64,000 nt of DNA. Source: Monocercomonoides exilis PA203. Its lineage: Eukaryota; Protista; Preaxostyla. The position numbers were made by a program, and so were the translations under genes. The stretch lies in the NCBI GenBank assembly GCA_001643675.2, contig LSRY02000014.1, positions 124,001 to 188,000 on the forward strand. Direction: 5' to 3'. The notes below the pieces were generated by a model. That model saw only the letters and a program-made list of their open reading frames with translations, was not told where the DNA came from and searched no databases. Below, in pieces: positions 61,937 through 64,000 of this stretch. Positions within the stretch are counted from its first letter, which is position 1. The number at the start of each line of letters is the position of its first letter.

Positions 61937-63745
61937 ATGAAGTTCGTTGGGAATATTATTCCACCAAGTTTTAGCAGAACAATCACATCAGTGATCGAAT
62001 CAAACACTCAAAATGGGGAATTGCATATGAAGAACTGTGCAATAAGCGCGATTGGAGGGAAGCAGAACACGATTGGATTTTCTCTTATCAAATCAATTGG
62101 GAAAATAGTTGAATTGGAGTTTGTCACGATTTCAGATGTGAAATCAACCGTTTCGTTATTTTCAATTTCACTTTCCTCATCAAATATTAATGGACTGGAA
62201 TACAAAGTGAAGCTGTCGAATTGCACACTGGAAGGATTGGAGATTGATGGAAGTGAAGAGGCAGCAGTGTTTGGAGGGAACGTGGGAGTTGGGATGGCGA
62301 TGAATGGAAGCAAGATAGAAAGGGCATTGTCGGAGAAGAGCAAAGAAGGAGGAGCACTGAAGATAGTACTGAATGAAGGAGGATTTATTGCAATTGAAGA
62401 GAGTTCATTAACTGGATGTATTTGCGAGAATGTGAGTGAGGGAGGAAAAGGAGGAGGGATATATTTGGATTGCAGTTTGATCGAAGAAGCATTTCAGCTC
62501 TCATCGATATCATTTTCTGGATGCTCAGCAACAGTGGGGAAGAACATGTTTGTGAAGAGTGGGAATCTGGTGAACAGTGTGAATATTGTGCGGTTTGCAT
62601 TTGATTGCTCAGATTACAGAGAAGATGGGAATGCATTTATTCGAGAAGATGAGAAATATGGAGAAATGGATCTTCGAGTGTTTCTTGTTTCTTTGAAGTG
62701 GGTGGAGGTGTCTGTATCGACTGGTGGGCATGACACATTAGGGTGTGGAAGTGGAAAATTACCATGCAAATCACTGAAAAGTGGAATTGACCACATTGAC
62801 AGAAGTGGGACAGAAGGAGAAAGGAAGGTGAATGTGAAGGATGAAGGGACAATTGAGAATATTTATTCCTTTACAGATGCACTTGTGATAGAAGGATGTG
62901 TGAATAAGGGAGATGAAGAACAATATAAGACTGTTCAATTTTATGAAAAAACCAATGGGGATTCTGCGACAACTGTGATTTCATCAACTGCTTCACTAGG
63001 CTTATTATCTTTGAAGCTGCAGATTCCAAATCAATTCACACCAAGTTTGAATTCTTTGATCTCATCGAGTGGAGATCTTCAACTCGAAAACTGTTTATTT
63101 GAGATCCGATCAACAGATATTATTCAATTCTCATTGATAACAACAACAAGTGGAAGTTGCACATTGAAGGGATGCAGTTTGTCGGATTGTTCGTTTGTCG
63201 AATCACCATTGGTGATGGCTTCTTCTGTTTTATTTGAGAGCAACAACTTTTCAAATATTGTGAACAAGGGCAGCGGTGAAGAAGGAGGCGTTGAAAAAGT
63301 GACATTGCAAGGGAATGAAAAACTGGAAATAAAATCAACAAATGCATCATTTTGTTCACTTTCTTCAAACAATGGAAAAGGAGGATTTTTATATTAGGAT
63401 TGTCAAAATTGTTTGATTGAATACCCATTTGTTTTTGATGCTGACGTAACTTTTAAGAATAACAATGCGGCCATTGGAAAGAACTTGTTCATTTTAGGAA
63501 AGGATTTTAATTCTTCTGTTACGACTGTGGCATTCAGATATGATTACTCATCAATGATTAATGATGGAAATTTATTTGTGGGAAGTGATAACTTTCATTC
63601 AAACAAAGATTTGTTCATGTTCCTCGTTCCATTCAGCTCATTCGAGATATTTATTTCATCGAGCGGATTTGATGTGAGAAGATGTGGAAATAAAGGAGAG
63701 GCAAGGCTTGCGGTTTATAAGCTTGCTGTTCTGCTGACAGCATAG
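61937..63745 (+). pseudogene. Internal fragment of a Pmp-like surface protein gene
   Basis: EGGALKI, GKGGGIYLDC, GCGSGKLPCKS, FKNNNA motifs. In-frame TAG at 63395-63397 (GKGGFLY*DC versus GKGGGIYLDC in the previous repeat). No signal peptide; homology breaks off at ~63700. Confidence 0.8.
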
Positions 63746-64000
63746 CAAGAGAAAAAGTAGTTGCTGGAAAGAGCGTTGGGGTTTTCATTATTGTTAACAA
63801 AAAGTTTTGTTGGGAGGAAATCGAGGAAGGAAGTAAATTTTTGGTGGCTAATGATTGCGTATGGATAGCGAACGGATGAGAGATGGAGAAGGAGAGTGTT
63901 TTTGTGAGAGAGATTGAGTTTGGCGAAGTCGGAATTATAAAGGTGGTATGAAGGAAGAGTGGAGCAGGGATTTCTCGTAGTGGAGTATGTGAAGACAGAC

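Noticed and set aside
8945-63397. Stop-codon reassignment (e.g. TAR=Gln as known in some oxymonads) to explain in-frame stops at 8945, 26844, 34519, 63395
   Set aside because: The stops replace different residues (Tyr, probably Gln, probably Trp, Leu), several co-occur with frameshifts or truncation, and intact genes here end in TAA or TGA with very long stop-free ORFs. Ordinary nonsense mutations fit better.
1-64000. CRISPR array, rRNA, telomeric repeats
   Set aside because: No regularly spaced direct repeats with unique spacers, no rRNA-like segment and no telomere repeat tract seen; repeats are microsatellites only.

Overview
Eukaryotic, intron-rich protist DNA with AT-rich intergenic spacers and GT-AG spliceosomal introns. 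Gene style and repeated families suggest an oxymonad such as Monocercomonoides (inference, not a database result). Recognisable genes: a TBC1D5-type Rab GAP, a small calponin-homology protein with a C-terminal tail anchor, a multi-EF-hand ciliary-type protein, an intact Pmp-like (GGA/FxxN) type I surface protein plus two broken relatives, TAF9, a K/E coiled-coil ciliary-type protein, and a ~14.5 kb IQ-motif/low-complexity reading frame split by one frameshift at an (AC)5 tract. Four copies (two apparently intact, two broken) of a lineage-specific 3-exon helical protein family are scattered through the window. The most unusual structure is an apparently perfect 597-bp inverted duplication (25880-26476 / 35215-35811). 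Each arm carries tRNA-Ser(AGA) head-to-head with the PAZ exon of a Piwi-clade Argonaute. That Piwi gene is 5'-truncated and broken in PAZ/L2/MID, but its PIWI domain remains an open frame with the D-E-D-H catalytic tetrad. All alignments and splice models were made by eye.
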